Below, piece by piece: positions 28,134 to 40,894 of a stretch of DNA of 64,000 nt (position 1 is the first letter of the stretch; every line of letters begins with the position of its first letter). The notes under the pieces are model-generated. The model did not search any database. It was given only the letters and a program-made list of their open reading frames with translations, and was not told where the DNA came from. The DNA is from Proteromonas lacertae (lineage: Eukaryota). The position numbers were made by a program, and so were the translations under genes. Where the stretch lies: positions 1-64,000 of the forward strand of contig NGBS01000312.1 of NCBI GenBank assembly GCA_002245135.1. The letters are read 5' to 3'.

Positions 28134-30872
28134 ATGTCTGCAAAGATTGAAAAGGTATATGGTGTTGATTTTGGTGGATATAAAATCACAACCACATCAT
28201 ATTCACCTACTGAGGGATATAAACTATATGAAACTGATTTAGGTGAAAAATCTCTGCCGTATTTTTATTCGATATAAATAATAGATGTAGGATTGTATTT
28301 TTAGAAGGCAATTTAGGTAAGAGGATGATTGGTCAAAAAGCTTTTACTCCTGTATTTGATTTTTGGTATCTATTGACATAGTCTCGACGAAATGTTAAAT
28401 TCTCAATAACGAGTATAAAGGATTTAATGGGAAAGAAATATGATGATCTGGACTTTGAAAATGACTTGAGATTAAAAAAGAAGAATGTAGAGAGAATGGA
28501 AGGAAATGGAATAATATTTAATGTATGAATATATTATTAATGATATGTTGTTGAATAGATAAACAATAATAAACTGAGTGTAGAACATTTATATATGATG
28601 TTTTTATCTAAAATTCAAGAGATATATAAAGAAGAAGAATTAAGTAAAGAAGAAGAGAAAGATCCAATGCCGATAATAATAGCAGTTCCAAATAGTTATG
28701 GTGAATTAGAGAAAGATATAATAAAGATATTATGTAATCGATTAAATATGAATTTATTGAGTATAATACCAGAGAATTTGAGTGTGAGTGTCTGTTATGG
28801 ATATGAAAATAACAACTCATTTTTATTAGAAGAAAAAGAGGTAGAATATTTATTAATAATCGATATTGGATATTTATATATGAATCTGACAATTAGTAAA
28901 TATGAAAAGGATAAATGTGAAATTATCAATGATTTATGTAATGATGAAATAAATGGAAAGAAAATTGATGAATTATTATTTAAACATTATGAAAATGAAA
29001 TAAAGAAAGACTTTCCAGAAATAAATACAAAAGATGAAGTAATAATAAACAAGATAATGAATGAATTAATCAAATGTAAATGTAAATTAAGTGCTGATGG
29101 AGCAAGTTCAATCAATTTATCCATCGATTTGACAGAAGATGAAACCTATGATGGTGTTTTAACAGTTAATGAATTAAACTCTATAATTACTCCATTAGGT
29201 GAAAGATTAAAAGAAATATTAAGAGAATTTATAAAAGATAGTCATTTAAATGAAGAAATGAAAAAGAATCTAAAGATATTACCAGTTGGTGGAACAATGA
29301 GAATTCCTTATTTACAGAGTATGGTGATAGAAGAAACACAAGAAATGTTAAACCCAGTAATAAAGATGATAAAGACTCTGAATATGGATGAATGTATCTC
29401 AAGTGGAAATAGTTATTATGGATCAATATTAAGTGGAAAATGGAAATATGAAGTAAATTATAAAAGAATAGAAAATGATAGAAAGAATTTAACCAAAGAT
29501 CATATTCTGTGTTTAAAAAGATTGTATATTTAATATGTTTTACTGAAATAGTAATGAACTTCAAAATGAGATGATAAATAAAAGAATGGAATTAAAAGAC
29601 TTTCTAGACTTATATGACTATTTGGAATTGAATCTGAGTGAAATTGAAATGAAAATGATTGAAAATGATTGTGATGACAGTAAAATGAAATCAGAATTAA
29701 ACTATTTAATTAAGTTCTTCTATGTATAATTGATATTTTATATAATGAATTAGTATTGTAAAGATAGTGTTGTTAATATAAAAGAAGAAGAGAAATATGA
29801 AAGTGGTTATTCTCCATTTGCTCAGTATTTCAGTGATAAATATTTAAACAAAGCGAAGAAATTAGAAAAATGTGATAAAGATCTTTCCATAATTGAAGAG
29901 TTAATAAATGCAATGAAAGATGAGAGATTGAATAAAGAAAATGAAAAACTAAACATTCAAATCAAATCAATAATAAAAGTTCAAAAAGAAGTGATGATGA
30001 ATGAAATGATCGAAAGATTAATGAGAATAAACAATATTAAAGATGAAAAATACAAAGATGTTATTAAAACTACACAATTAGATGAAAAATCAATCATTCA
30101 AACATTAATGTATATAACAGATTATTCTAAGATGAGTGGAGAAGAGAATGGAAAATCAGCTGAATCATGCTATTCAAAATTGTATATTTATTGCTTATTA
30201 TTCTAAAATAGTCATGTAATTATAAAGATTATAAAAGATATAGTTGAAAGAAATGAAAAAATCAATATTTTACCAGTTTTAGAAGAGGTGATTGATTTAT
30301 TTGATGATTATGTGAATAAAAGATATGAAGAAAAGATTATAAAATCAAAAATAGAAAATATTGAAAGAAAAATAGATTATTATAGTAATTATTCATCATA
30401 TAATAATAAAGTAAAATATCTGATATATGGATATTATAATGAAATATTCAAATATGAAAATGAGATTATAAAAGAGAATCAAAGAATTAATGAAAAAGAA
30501 TATCCAATAGGTGAAGAAGTAGAAACATTGTTAATATCTAATGGAAAAGAGAAATGGATAAAAGGAATAGTAAATGATTTTGATTATGACAGAAAGGAAT
30601 TTAGTATAAAAGTAGAATTAACAGGAATAAAGCCAGAGAATATAAGAAGAATAAATCGAAGAAGAAAAAGAAAAATCGTTAAACACATAGAATACAATCC
30701 ACCTTTATCTAAGTATTATGTAGATGAGGAATTAGGAATTGATCAACCATGTCTAATATTATCTTGTGATGAATATGATAATGGAGAAAAGAACTATAAT
30801 ATAAAATATCAAGGTATGGTAAAGATAGTTGAAGGAAATACAATTGAATCAGCTTATTTACCTGTTCAATGA
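28134..30872 (+). CDS. Divergent Hsp70/Hsp110-type ATPase domain fused to a helical region and a C-terminal Tudor-like module
   Basis: VYGVDFG, IAVPNSY, LLSIIPE...CYG, LLIIDIG, GKKIDELL, KCKCKLS, VGGTMRIPYLQ and TLNMDECISSG follow the Hsp70 NBD motif order. No beta-sandwich substrate domain follows; 6 introns. Confidence 0.8.
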
Positions 30873-31037
30873 AAATTATAATATTTATGTTTTATTTCTT
30901 TAACTTTTGAATATATTCGTAAAAATATCACTCATACAACATGCATATTGTATATGTTATCGCATATTTCATCTCCATATTTCATTCACAAATTACATGT
31001 CATTTATGTAATTTTGACCAAGATTATTTTTTTCAAA

Positions 31038-32029
31038 ATGATTGAAGAAGAAGATCATTTCAATAATCTGCTAAGTTTTGAAGGTGAAGAAAGCAGGCAA
31101 GATTCAATAAAAAGGAAACTGGATGGTTTACAACAATATTTTGGTGTATATTCTCAATTCTATTAATTTATAATAGTATATATTAATCATATGTGTTATT
31201 TTATTATCTCTACTACTAATTTTTACTAAATGTGACCAACCGTGGAAAATGTATTTAATTTCAATTTATTTACATTAGTTTACTCTCTGTTGAAATAGCC
31301 GTTTATGCAGTATATGCAATACTATTTTCAATTCGTTCATATCTGAAGAATTGGACAGAGAATATGTCATTTATCGTTTTAATTGTTGGTACATTAATTC
31401 ATTGTCTTGGTTACTTAGGTCCAATTATAGCAATAGTATATAAAGAATACAAAAATCCCTTTGCATTCTCTCTAATATTAATAATAAACTTAATAACCTG
31501 TCTAATTCCATGTATTGTTCCAGTTTCAATGTTATTGGATTTTTATCCAAATAATGAAGATGAATTAGCAATATTCCAATATTTAAGATGTCACTGTATC
31601 CCTGTCATTCAAAGGAAATTATTTATTATATTTAATTTTATGTTTATAAGTGGTTTTACAATTAGTTCATTTATTGTTGTAAATTCATCAAAAAATGATG
31701 AAAAATGTGAATCTGTACAGACATTTTATATTATATTACTTGCGCTTAGTTTGTTACAAATGATATTGATGATGATTGGAGTGTTAATATATCAAATACA
31801 CAAATATATAAGATTAACATTTATAATTTCTACTTTAGTTGCTGGAATAGGTTATGGTTTGTTTGTGTGTATAGAATACTCACAAACTAGATGTACTGGA
31901 ATTATGTATATTAATATTTATTAAATTTATAGTAAGAATTACTTTTTAGCAAGTGGTATTATCGATTTGGTTGTATCCTTCATTGGAATATTGATTTGTA
32001 TAGTGTTTCAGATTGAACTGTTCTTGTAA
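31038..32029 (+). CDS. Hypothetical multi-pass membrane protein (about 8 TM, two similar halves)
   Basis: Three GT-AG introns join hydrophobic exons in frame; no family recognised. Confidence 0.65.
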
Positions 32030-32099
32030 TGCATTTAAACAAGTAAAAAACAATAAATTCATAAATTAATTAATAGATATTTTCTATTTATATTGGATT

Positions 32100-32381
32100 T
32101 TATTTGTAACGACTAAGAGATCTAGATATACGTAGTTTTCCAAATTGATTGTTGATTCTTCTATCATTTCTAGAATTTGGTGGATGTAAAGGAATTTGAT
32201 TTTCTTTTTCAGCAAATAATGTTACAATACTATAAAATATATGTCACAATTCTATACAACAAGTATATTGAATAAAAGATAGTGAAAATAAACATAAAAA
32301 ATTTGGTTATAAATAAACTAGTATCATGATTATCTAGGTTTGGAATAAAATATCAGTAATACTCTCATTAGATTTAGACAT
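32100..32381 (-). CDS. Small (74 aa) single-pass membrane protein, SelK/SelS-like layout without Sec
   Basis: Two canonical introns give MSKSNENNHDTSLFITKFFMFIFTIFYSIYLFIVTLFAEKENQIPLHPPNSRNDRRINNQFGKLRISRSLSRYK*. Confidence 0.6.
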
Positions 32382-32464
32382 TTTAAGAAAAATAGAAAAC
32401 CAAAACGATTATATTTTTAAAATTATTCAAACTTTGCTTGATTTGATTTTTAAATTCAAATTTT

Positions 32465-33937
32465 ATGAGTGAAATTGAAGAGATTAGAAAACAATTAAAA
32501 AGTGCTGGTATATCTGATAATCTACCGGATGATGTTTTGATTGAATTGCTTAAGGAACTAAAAGTAGAAGACAATGAAAGAAGTGAAAATGAGGAAGAAG
32601 AAGATAATGAAAATGAAAACAGTGTAAATGAAAGTACAGATTATAGTACAGATGTTGGTACTCCAATGAAGACAATACAAGAAGAGAGTGACTGTGATAC
32701 AGAAGATACACCACCGCCAATTGTATTTACATCACCATCTAGACCAAATCCGTTTTATATGAGTCCTAATTCTACAATAGATTCTAGAATAGATAATTCA
32801 GTCAATTATACTAAACCAGCAACAGAGACTCCTTCAAAGCTTAAAAGTACTGAAGAATCCGCTTCTCCAATGAATATATCATCAACATTACAAGAAGAAA
32901 GTGATGATGATGATAATTATACAAAATCAGCAGAACTAAATAATACATATGAAGAGGAAGAAAGCAATGAACAAGAACAGTCATTTATATATTCATCAGC
33001 ATCATCGACAGTTACATCTCCCTTAAACACATCAAATATTATAAAATCAGCAAAATCAACACCAATTCCAATAAATAAATCCATTTCAAAACCAAATCTA
33101 ACTAACAACAGTGATAATATCCCCTCTTGCCCATCTGTTTCTAATACTATCCCTCAATTAAGTCAATCACCTCCTTCTCAACCTCCACCACTATCAACAT
33201 CATATTATAGTAATGATATAAGTAGTGACAGTGATAATGATGAAGATTATTCAGGATTTATACTTGGTACTTCCAATATAATAACAAATCAACCAAATCA
33301 TAAAACTACCAATATTAAACAGTCTAAAGTAATACATGAAATACCATCAGTAATACCAAAAAATACAAATCATTCTATAACTAATTATAACAACAAAGAA
33401 AATAGAAATATAACAAAATCATTAAGTTTAAAGTCAAACTCAATCAAGCCAAAGAGTAGTAGAATAACCTCTACATCACCAATACAAGACCAATCACAAA
33501 CACTACATTTACATCAGCATAATAATAAGCCAAAAGTATTACAATGCCATTGTCAGAATAAACCATCAGTACCATATATTGTACCTATTACATCATCATC
33601 ATCCTCTTATTCAACACCATCATTTATAAAGAAAAATTATAAGAATGAGATAAATACAGGAAGATGTTATAAACACGATCCTGTAAATAATTATAAGAAG
33701 ATAAATAACGAATGGAAGAAAGTATCAGTATTACAGAATAAGAAGAATATGCCCAAATCATATAATAAAGTGAAAGTGATAAAAAGATCACATCCTGAAA
33801 TACCTTCAAACTATGTTCCTGGTCCAATGAAGAAGAGAGATAAGTTAGTGTTTAAGTTGAGAGAGAAGATGATGAATTATGAGATGATAACTCCAGATAG
33901 AAACTTGGATTTAGATCAATCTGCTTTTTATTTGTAA
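32465..33937 (+). CDS. HYLS1-like centriolar/ciliogenesis protein
   Basis: N-terminal EEIRKQLKSAGI..LPDDVL, a long Ser/Glu disordered middle, and C-terminal KHDPVNNY...EWKK...YVPGPMKKRDKLVFKLREKM resembling the HYLS1_C box; intronless. Confidence 0.7.
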   Translation: MSEIEEIRKQLKSAGISDNLPDDVLIELLKELKVEDNERSENEEEEDNENENSVNESTDYSTDVGTPMKTIQEESDCDTEDTPPPIVFTSPSRPNPFYMSPNSTIDSRIDNSVNYTKPATETPSKLKSTEESASPMNISSTLQEESDDDDNYTKSAELNNTYEEEESNEQEQSFIYSSASSTVTSPLNTSNIIKSAKSTPIPINKSISKPNLTNNSDNIPSCPSVSNTIPQLSQSPPSQPPPLSTSYYSNDISSDSDNDEDYSGFILGTSNIITNQPNHKTTNIKQSKVIHEIPSVIPKNTNHSITNYNNKENRNITKSLSLKSNSIKPKSSRITSTSPIQDQSQTLHLHQHNNKPKVLQCHCQNKPSVPYIVPITSSSSSYSTPSFIKKNYKNEINTGRCYKHDPVNNYKKINNEWKKVSVLQNKKNMPKSYNKVKVIKRSHPEIPSNYVPGPMKKRDKLVFKLREKMMNYEMITPDRNLDLDQSAFYL

Positions 33938-33979
33938 ATTAATTGTGACAAAAATATTCAAAAATTAAATAAATATATA

Positions 33980-34896
33980 TTATTCCTTTTTTATTTTCTT
34001 AAAATAATTAGAAATATCTTTATTATTTTCACTACTATTCCTTTTCTTTTTAAACTTACTTTCTTCTTCTTTTTCAGTTTTATTTTCTTCTTTCACTTCT
34101 TCTTTAACATCCTCTTTCTTTATTGGAGTGAAAAATGAATGTAAAGATGGAATATTTACCTTCTCAATATTAGAAGGTTCATTTACATCATAATTATTAT
34201 TTATTTTTGATGATACTTGATACCATGATAGATTATCTTCATTTGGAATTAAACACTTTTTATAATCAGTAAAAATAGGATTTATCCATTTATTAATTTC
34301 TTCTTCATTCTTTAATATTATTGGAATACGAGGATGGATTTTAGAGAATTTAGATGGAGATTTACCTGTACAAATAGTGAATGTGTATAGTGATTCACCA
34401 TTTTCAGATTTAATATTTGTATATAAACCTGCTAAATAAATTAGATCAGATTTTTCTGATTTTATGAAGAAAGGATGTTTATCTATTGATTCATTTTTCC
34501 ATTCATAGAATCTATATACAATATAAGTTAATTGTGTATATATATACCCTTGAACAACAACTACACATCTTTTATTCTGAACTAAATGCTTGAAAGATAG
34601 AGTAGTATCTAGAGTTTCACTTCTTGCATTGAACATTTTAAAATGATCTAACTTCTTTTCTTTGTCAACTGAGGTGATTAATCCCCATTTCATTGTATGA
34701 AGACATTTTCCATCTTTTCCATCGTATTTTATTACCGTAACATCACTTCCAGGATGAATATTATAATTTATTGAATCTATAAATCATAAAGAGACGAATT
34801 TGTACACTTATCTTTACAGACCCATTTATTAATATCAATTCCTAAGAATTTTGCTAATAGAACTGGATCCAAAGCACAAACCATTCTGATACACAT
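33980..34896 (-). CDS. HMCES: SRAP-domain abasic-site protein (HMCES/YedK family)
   Basis: MCIR start (Cys2), MKWGL, MFNARSET, RCVVVVQG|FYEWK, LAGLY, IHPRIPIIL; 2 introns. Confidence 0.92.
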
Positions 34897-34934
34897 TGTA
34901 TAAAGAGAAAAAAAGAAAAAAAAGAATATTGTTG

Positions 34935-34952
34935 TCAAGCTAGTTGGCTTGA
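34935..34952. promoter_or_regulatory. Inverted pair TCAAGC-N6-GCTTGA between divergent start codons (candidate bidirectional promoter element)
   Basis: It sits in the 100-nt gap between HMCES and the PHD/SPOC gene. The same hexamer recurs upstream of many genes in the window. Confidence 0.45.
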
Positions 34953-34996
34953 GCAAATAAAAAAATAAAAATCATTTTTGTTTTTCTCATAAAATA

Positions 34997-37900
34997 ATGA
35001 ACAATGAAAATGATTCTTTCGATGATGGCTTAAATCATACGCTCGGGGGTGAAGATGAAGACTTTGATCTATTAAATAACGAACAAATCACATCTTGTAT
35101 TGTTTTTTGATTTCTTTATACAAACAGATGAAAATTCAAACGATATATGCGCATTTTGCAAACAAGAAGTATTTTCTACGTTTTTTATTTTTAAAAGGAT
35201 AAAGAATACATACAACCCATACAACTGCGAAATAGAACTATCAATGTATATTTAAATATGTTATAGAATAGGTACATCCTGCTTGTCTTGATTTATCTCC
35301 AACAATTAAGGAAGATTTCTCAAATATCGAAGCCGTATTAAATATAATTGATGAACAGGTATATATTGTATTGAATAATTTATTAGAAATGTGTATGTTG
35401 TGATAAAGTAGGAGCATCCTTGACATGTTCAGTTTGTTTCGATACATATCATGTAACATGTGCAGGAAATAAAAAATGTGGTTTAAAAATAGAAAATTAC
35501 AGAAATAACGATCAAAAAGAAAACGCCTTTGTTTGTTACAAACATCTTCCAGATCACGTATCTTATATGATTGGAACACCAGAAGAATGGTTACAAGCAT
35601 TAAGAGCATCAATATATACACATCCATGCAGTGTTTGTGGGTTTAATACTCAAAATGGTAGTGATTGGATTATATGTTCCCAATGTAAGATGGCTGGTCA
35701 TAAACAATGCTTTATATCTTTTTTTTAATTAATAAAAATGTGATTATATAATTTATATTTCTTTAATTTATAAAGGGAGTAGTTCCAGAGACAAATACCC
35801 AATCATTTATATGTAAAAATTGTCAAATCTTTAATCAATGTCAAAATCAAAACCAACCAGTAAACTTTACATGTGAATTGTGTAAAATTAATAATCCCTG
35901 TTTACCTGTAATTTTATCCAATAATAACAAAATATACCATACAATATGTAGTTTATGTCTACCCAATGCAACTATCAATGATATAACCAATATCAATGGT
36001 TTTGTTTGTCCAGATGAAATTCAAATGAACAATTCAAATATAAAATGTGATTATTGTCAATCATCTGAAGGATATATAATGAAATGCTCATTTCCAGAAT
36101 GTCAATGTTGTTGTCATCCATCCTGTGGTATATTGAATAATCAAAATGTCAGTTTTTGCACTCCAACAAGTGCTGTTTATTTTTGTACAATCCATTGTCC
36201 ATTAGATTTATGGTGTTGTTGTAGAAAGCATAATACTGATATATTTATGATAGAATGTGATGAATGTCACGAATGGTTTCATGGAGAATGCGTTTGTATT
36301 GGTTCAAATCAATTAAATGAAGATGAACAGTATGTTTGTGATAAATGTAAAAGTGGAAATGAAGTAAGTAGTCCAATTCAAGATTTTAATGAAAATAAAG
36401 TATATTATTATTATATATCTATTTGTTATATAGGATGATACTGTAAATGATAATAGACATGTTTTACAGCAAAATGGAATGGTATTTGATGAAAATAATT
36501 TGTTGTATAATCAATTAATGGTATGTTATAAAAAAAGAATTGATATTACATTATTATATATATATATACAAAAATACATAGAAACAAATAATAAAAAAAT
36601 AGATTTTTGAATTAAAATAATCGAAAATAATTGTAATTACAACAAAAACAGATTTGTATTAAAAGTGATATATATATATCATTTCTACTCTTACTTTTCA
36701 TTATATATATATATTATTTTGTCATATATTTATTATGTATATAGATCACATGTCAGTTTATGAATAATCTACATATGTATGAAACCAAGAGATCTCAAAG
36801 TGTCTATCGAAAATTAAATTCACAATTTCCATACGTTTACCTGCCACTATATATTAATATTCCATTATATAAAGAACTGATTAAAGTATTAGAGAAAGAC
36901 AATGAAGAAACAGAAGATAATAAATTGATGAATGAAAATATTTATGATACAGATGTATGAATAATTTTTTTTTTATTTATAAAATTTTATTAATAGGTAA
37001 GTGGATGGTGTAGTAAAGCCAATAAATTGTCAGTTATTCCAGGAATTTACTCATATTCCTATAGAAAATCATCAATTCAAGATGCTATAGATCATTTACT
37101 AATTGGTGAACAAAATGAAAAGATTTTACACTGTAAAGAATATAACAGATTGAAAGATTGTGTGGATAAAACAAAACAACAAATCAATAAATTGACCAAT
37201 TATTTACAAACAGCTAGAAATGTAACGGATGATTTGATAGTTAACGTTGAAACTGACTATGATAATTTACAATATAGTGATAAGAATTTCATTAAGTTAT
37301 TAAATCAATATAAATTAAATATTTGGTTAGAAAAAGCTCAGTATGAGTTATTATCAGAAATTAATTTTGTTAATGCAAAAAAACTGATAAGAAAAGCAAA
37401 TACATTAGGAATTCAAAGTAATAATAATATATTTATATAATAATTAATAGATTTGGTTGGAGAAGCATTGAATGTTTATTATCAACTAAACAAATTCGTT
37501 CAACAGGTTGAAGATTGGCAAAAATCAGCTAAAATATTGAAGAATCAAATGGATTTAGGAAATAGAGTAACATATGAAGAATTGAATAAATTATTGAAAC
37601 AAGATATATGTGAATCAATTCCAATCAAACAAAAAGTATATAAATTCTTTCTAATTTGTTATTTTTATAGTCTTTTTTCACTAGTATTTTAGAAAAATAT
37701 GAAAAATGGCATAATAGAAGTAAAAAATGGATTGAAATACTTCAAAATTACAGTAATACAAAAACCATTCCAGAAGTTTCCAATGAAGAAGTTACTGAAT
37801 TTAAAGACTTATACAATGAAAGTTTACAGTTGAAATTAGATTCTCAAGAATTAATACTCTTTGAAATATATGGAAAAATATTATGTTGGATATTTAGAGT

Positions 37901-40706
37901 AATGAATGTAGTGAAAAATGGAATGTCATACAATGAGTTAGTTGAATTACAAAATCAATATACACAATTCCCAACTCTCTATTTACCAGATAAGAAGTAT
38001 ATTGATGAAGTTGAATTATTATTAAATAAAGTGAAAAATTGGGTAAATGAAGCAAAATCTGTTATAGAAAATAGTGAAACACCACTTGAACAATTGGAGA
38101 AATTGTATAATGAATATAAAGAATTAGGATGTAAATATGATATTGGAACTTATATAACTGCACAAATTGAATGGTTGAAAGAAATTAAACCAAGTTTTGG
38201 TAATAAACAATATACAGATATAAAAGTATATATAATATATATATTATTATATTATATTAATTATTTAGCTTGGTTGTTATTGTTGGGCTAAAATCGGTTG
38301 TTATCCTTGGTGGCCAGGATTTGTACCTGATTCAACACCTAATCAATTGGATATAAACATGCAACCAATTGAAGGAAGTCAATTGGTTTATTTATTTGGA
38401 ATTAAGGGTTATAGATATATAGTAGAAAGAGTGAATTGGGATGATAGAATAAAGTATAATTCTACCAATATATTTACTGACTTTTATACTCAAGCTTTGA
38501 AAGAGGTTTGTGATTTTAGTAGTTTAAAAGAACAGAATAGTATGAATTATATTTATTATTATTATTGTATAAATAGATAAAATTAAACACAATTTATCAT
38601 CTTATCCAAAGATACAATGTAGAAGTCCCAACTGCCATATGCCTTTGTTCAATTTATCACAATATTGCTGTTTTGATTGTATGGAATCTGATATTGAGAG
38701 AAAAATGAATGGATTATTTAACTACAAATTAGTATCTTCTACAGCTCCACTACCCAAATCAATACTTCCTGAAAATACAAAATTAGAAACAATTCATATA
38801 GTGAATGAAAGAAGAGCAACAAGATCATCATCTTCTATATTGAATTTACCATCTCCAACATTATTTAGTAAGAAAAATAGAATGATGGAAAGAGGAATTA
38901 ATTATGGAATTGATAGTAGAACTAGAGAAAAAGTGAGAGAGAATTTGTTTAATGGTTTGAAAATTGTCAATGAAAATGAACAGACAAAAACTGATGAAAT
39001 ATCATTTTGAAAATTTAGTTCGTTTTATTATTTTTCTTTAATTTATTTTTTACCATTTATTAAGGAATTTAGCAAAGAATATGGAAGAAGTATTGTATAG
39101 AGAATGTCAGAATTATACAGATCATATCAGAGTAATATTACATCATTTGAAAGATAAGAAGAATCAAGAATTTAGATTGAAACTGATTAATAGTATTTAA
39201 TTATTTTATTGTTATATATATATAGAAGAAATATTATTATCAAAATTACCAACATTATCAACAGATGAAATGTTATCAAGTGTCGAATATGAGAAATTAA
39301 AGAAAGAAAGAGAAGAACATATGAAAGCCAATGTAGTGAAAATGGATATAGGCGAACAATTTGTAGCAAAGAAGACAGATTCAGGTGTAGAATTAGTAAA
39401 AGTTGGTGGAAATAATAATAACAATAGTAATAACAGCAACAATGATAATGAAAATGGTGAAGATAGTAATTCTAATGAGAATAAAAGGAAATTAGTGGAT
39501 GAATTGGATAAAGAAGAAAAAGAGAAAAGAGAATTACAAAAGGAAGAAGAAGAAATGAGAAATACTGAGATTGATATCTCTTTATTACCTACTTCATCAT
39601 CATTATCTGGAGGACCAATTGATATTAAATCACGTATATATATATATATATATATATATTTTAATATTAATATAGTTCCTTCATTATCAGCTCCTGCTTT
39701 ACCTGCTATAACAATTGTTGATCCAAAAGAGATAGAAAATGACAAAATGGAAGAAGAAGGAGAAGAAGATAACAGTGAAAATGAGAATGATAAAGGTAGC
39801 GAAAGTGATAATAATAATAACAATGAAAATGATTCACCATTGAATAAGTCAAATGAAAAGACAAATGAAGATGAATCAAAAGATTTATTCTCAGAATTTT
39901 TAGATGATTCAACAACAGAACCAAAAATCAAAACAGATTCAATTTTACCATCCAAATCCAAACAACAAAAAACACCAACACCAACAAAAGTCAAATCAAT
40001 ATTAGAACCAAAATGGGATAATACATTTACATATAAGAAATTTAAATATTATATAACACCCAAATTACTATTTGGACCTGATATGAAGAATATATTACCA
40101 AGTCCAGTAAGTTGTATAGGAAGAGTCGATTTTAAGATGTTAGAAAACCATATAGAAGCAAGTGTAGCCAAAGGAAAAGGTGTTAGTTTATATGCAATAG
40201 AACCTGAACCAAATGTAAGAGATAAATTTTATGAATTATCTGAACAACTTAGAGGAAAAGAACGAGCTGCAATTGCTGAAGGTGATTATAGAGATCATAA
40301 ATTGACTGTTTATATTGTACCAAAACTGACTGATAAAATGCTGAGGGAAATACCAATAATCTATAGAAAAGGAGAGAAAGATTCAGTTCATTTACTTTTA
40401 ATACACAATGAAACTGAGAGAAGTAAAGAGAATATTAGCTTGATTATTAAGAAAGTAGAAGATGTATATTTTATATTATTATTATTATATGTATAGAATA
40501 GTGAATTGTTAATGTTAATTGATGATATAGCGTATTTTATTGCTCAAGATCCACGAAGAGAGCCATGGGAGATATTGAAGAGAAAAGATGATAAGACGTT
40601 TGGATTCTTAGAAGCTGGAAATGAGTTTTATGAACAATATCAAAAAGCATTATTACATTATTCATCGTATTTTCATCCACCCTTTCAACAGATAATCCCT
40701 CATTAG
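34997..40706 (+). CDS. Large chromatin/transcription factor: multiple PHD fingers, helical region, PWWP, TFIIS central domain, SPOC, SURP
   Basis: PHD motifs (e.g. WCCCRK...MIECDECHEWFHGECV...YVCDKC); PWWP (CWAKIGCYPWWPG...LVYLFG); TFIIS-M (TREKVRENL...LAKNMEEVLY...HLKDKKNQEFRLKL); SPOC (W...CIGRVD...FYELSEQLRGKERAAI...VYIVP); SURP (IDDIAYFIA...FGFL...FYEQY). About 16 introns. Confidence 0.8.
35714..35775 (+). other. U12-type intron, AT-AG termini, 62 nt
   Basis: The 5' end is ATATCTTTTT and TTCTTTAAT lies 8 nt before the end. Removal restores the PHD finger GHKQCF|GVVPE...FICKNC, and no GT donor lies at this junction. Confidence 0.8.
38999..39053 (+). other. U12-type intron, AT-AC termini, 55 nt
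   Basis: The 5' end is ATATCATTTT and TTCTTTAAT lies 11 nt before the final TTTTAC. Removal restores the TFIIS-M frame KTDE|HLLRNLAKNMEE. Confidence 0.82.
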
Positions 40707-40763
40707 TTATTTTAATTGTTTTTAAATATTTGTTTTTAATCAAAAAAAAAGAAAAAAAGAAAA

Positions 40764-40835
40764 TGGAGACTACGGGAATTGAACCCGTGACCTTTTGCGT
40801 GCAAAGCAAACGTGATACCACTACACCAAATCCCC
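40764..40835 (-). tRNA. tRNA-Ala(UGC)
   Basis: GGGGATT/AGTCTCC acceptor with a G3:U70 pair, anticodon arm TTTGC-TTTGCAC-GCAAA, T-loop GGTTCAATTCC, and a T-run after the 3' end. Confidence 0.95.
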
Positions 40836-40894
40836 AATTAAAATTTAAACCTTTTTCAAAAATATAAACTCTGTTATTGTTCGTTTTTTTTTTG

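Noticed and set aside
36521..36744. 224-nt intron as a snoRNA host or hidden exon
   Set aside because: It is almost pure A/T with TA runs, has no paired C/D or H/ACA boxes, and the internal AG leads to a stop.
40537..40821. 94-aa minus-strand ORF
   Set aside because: It overlaps tRNA-Ala and the antisense of the SURP exon.
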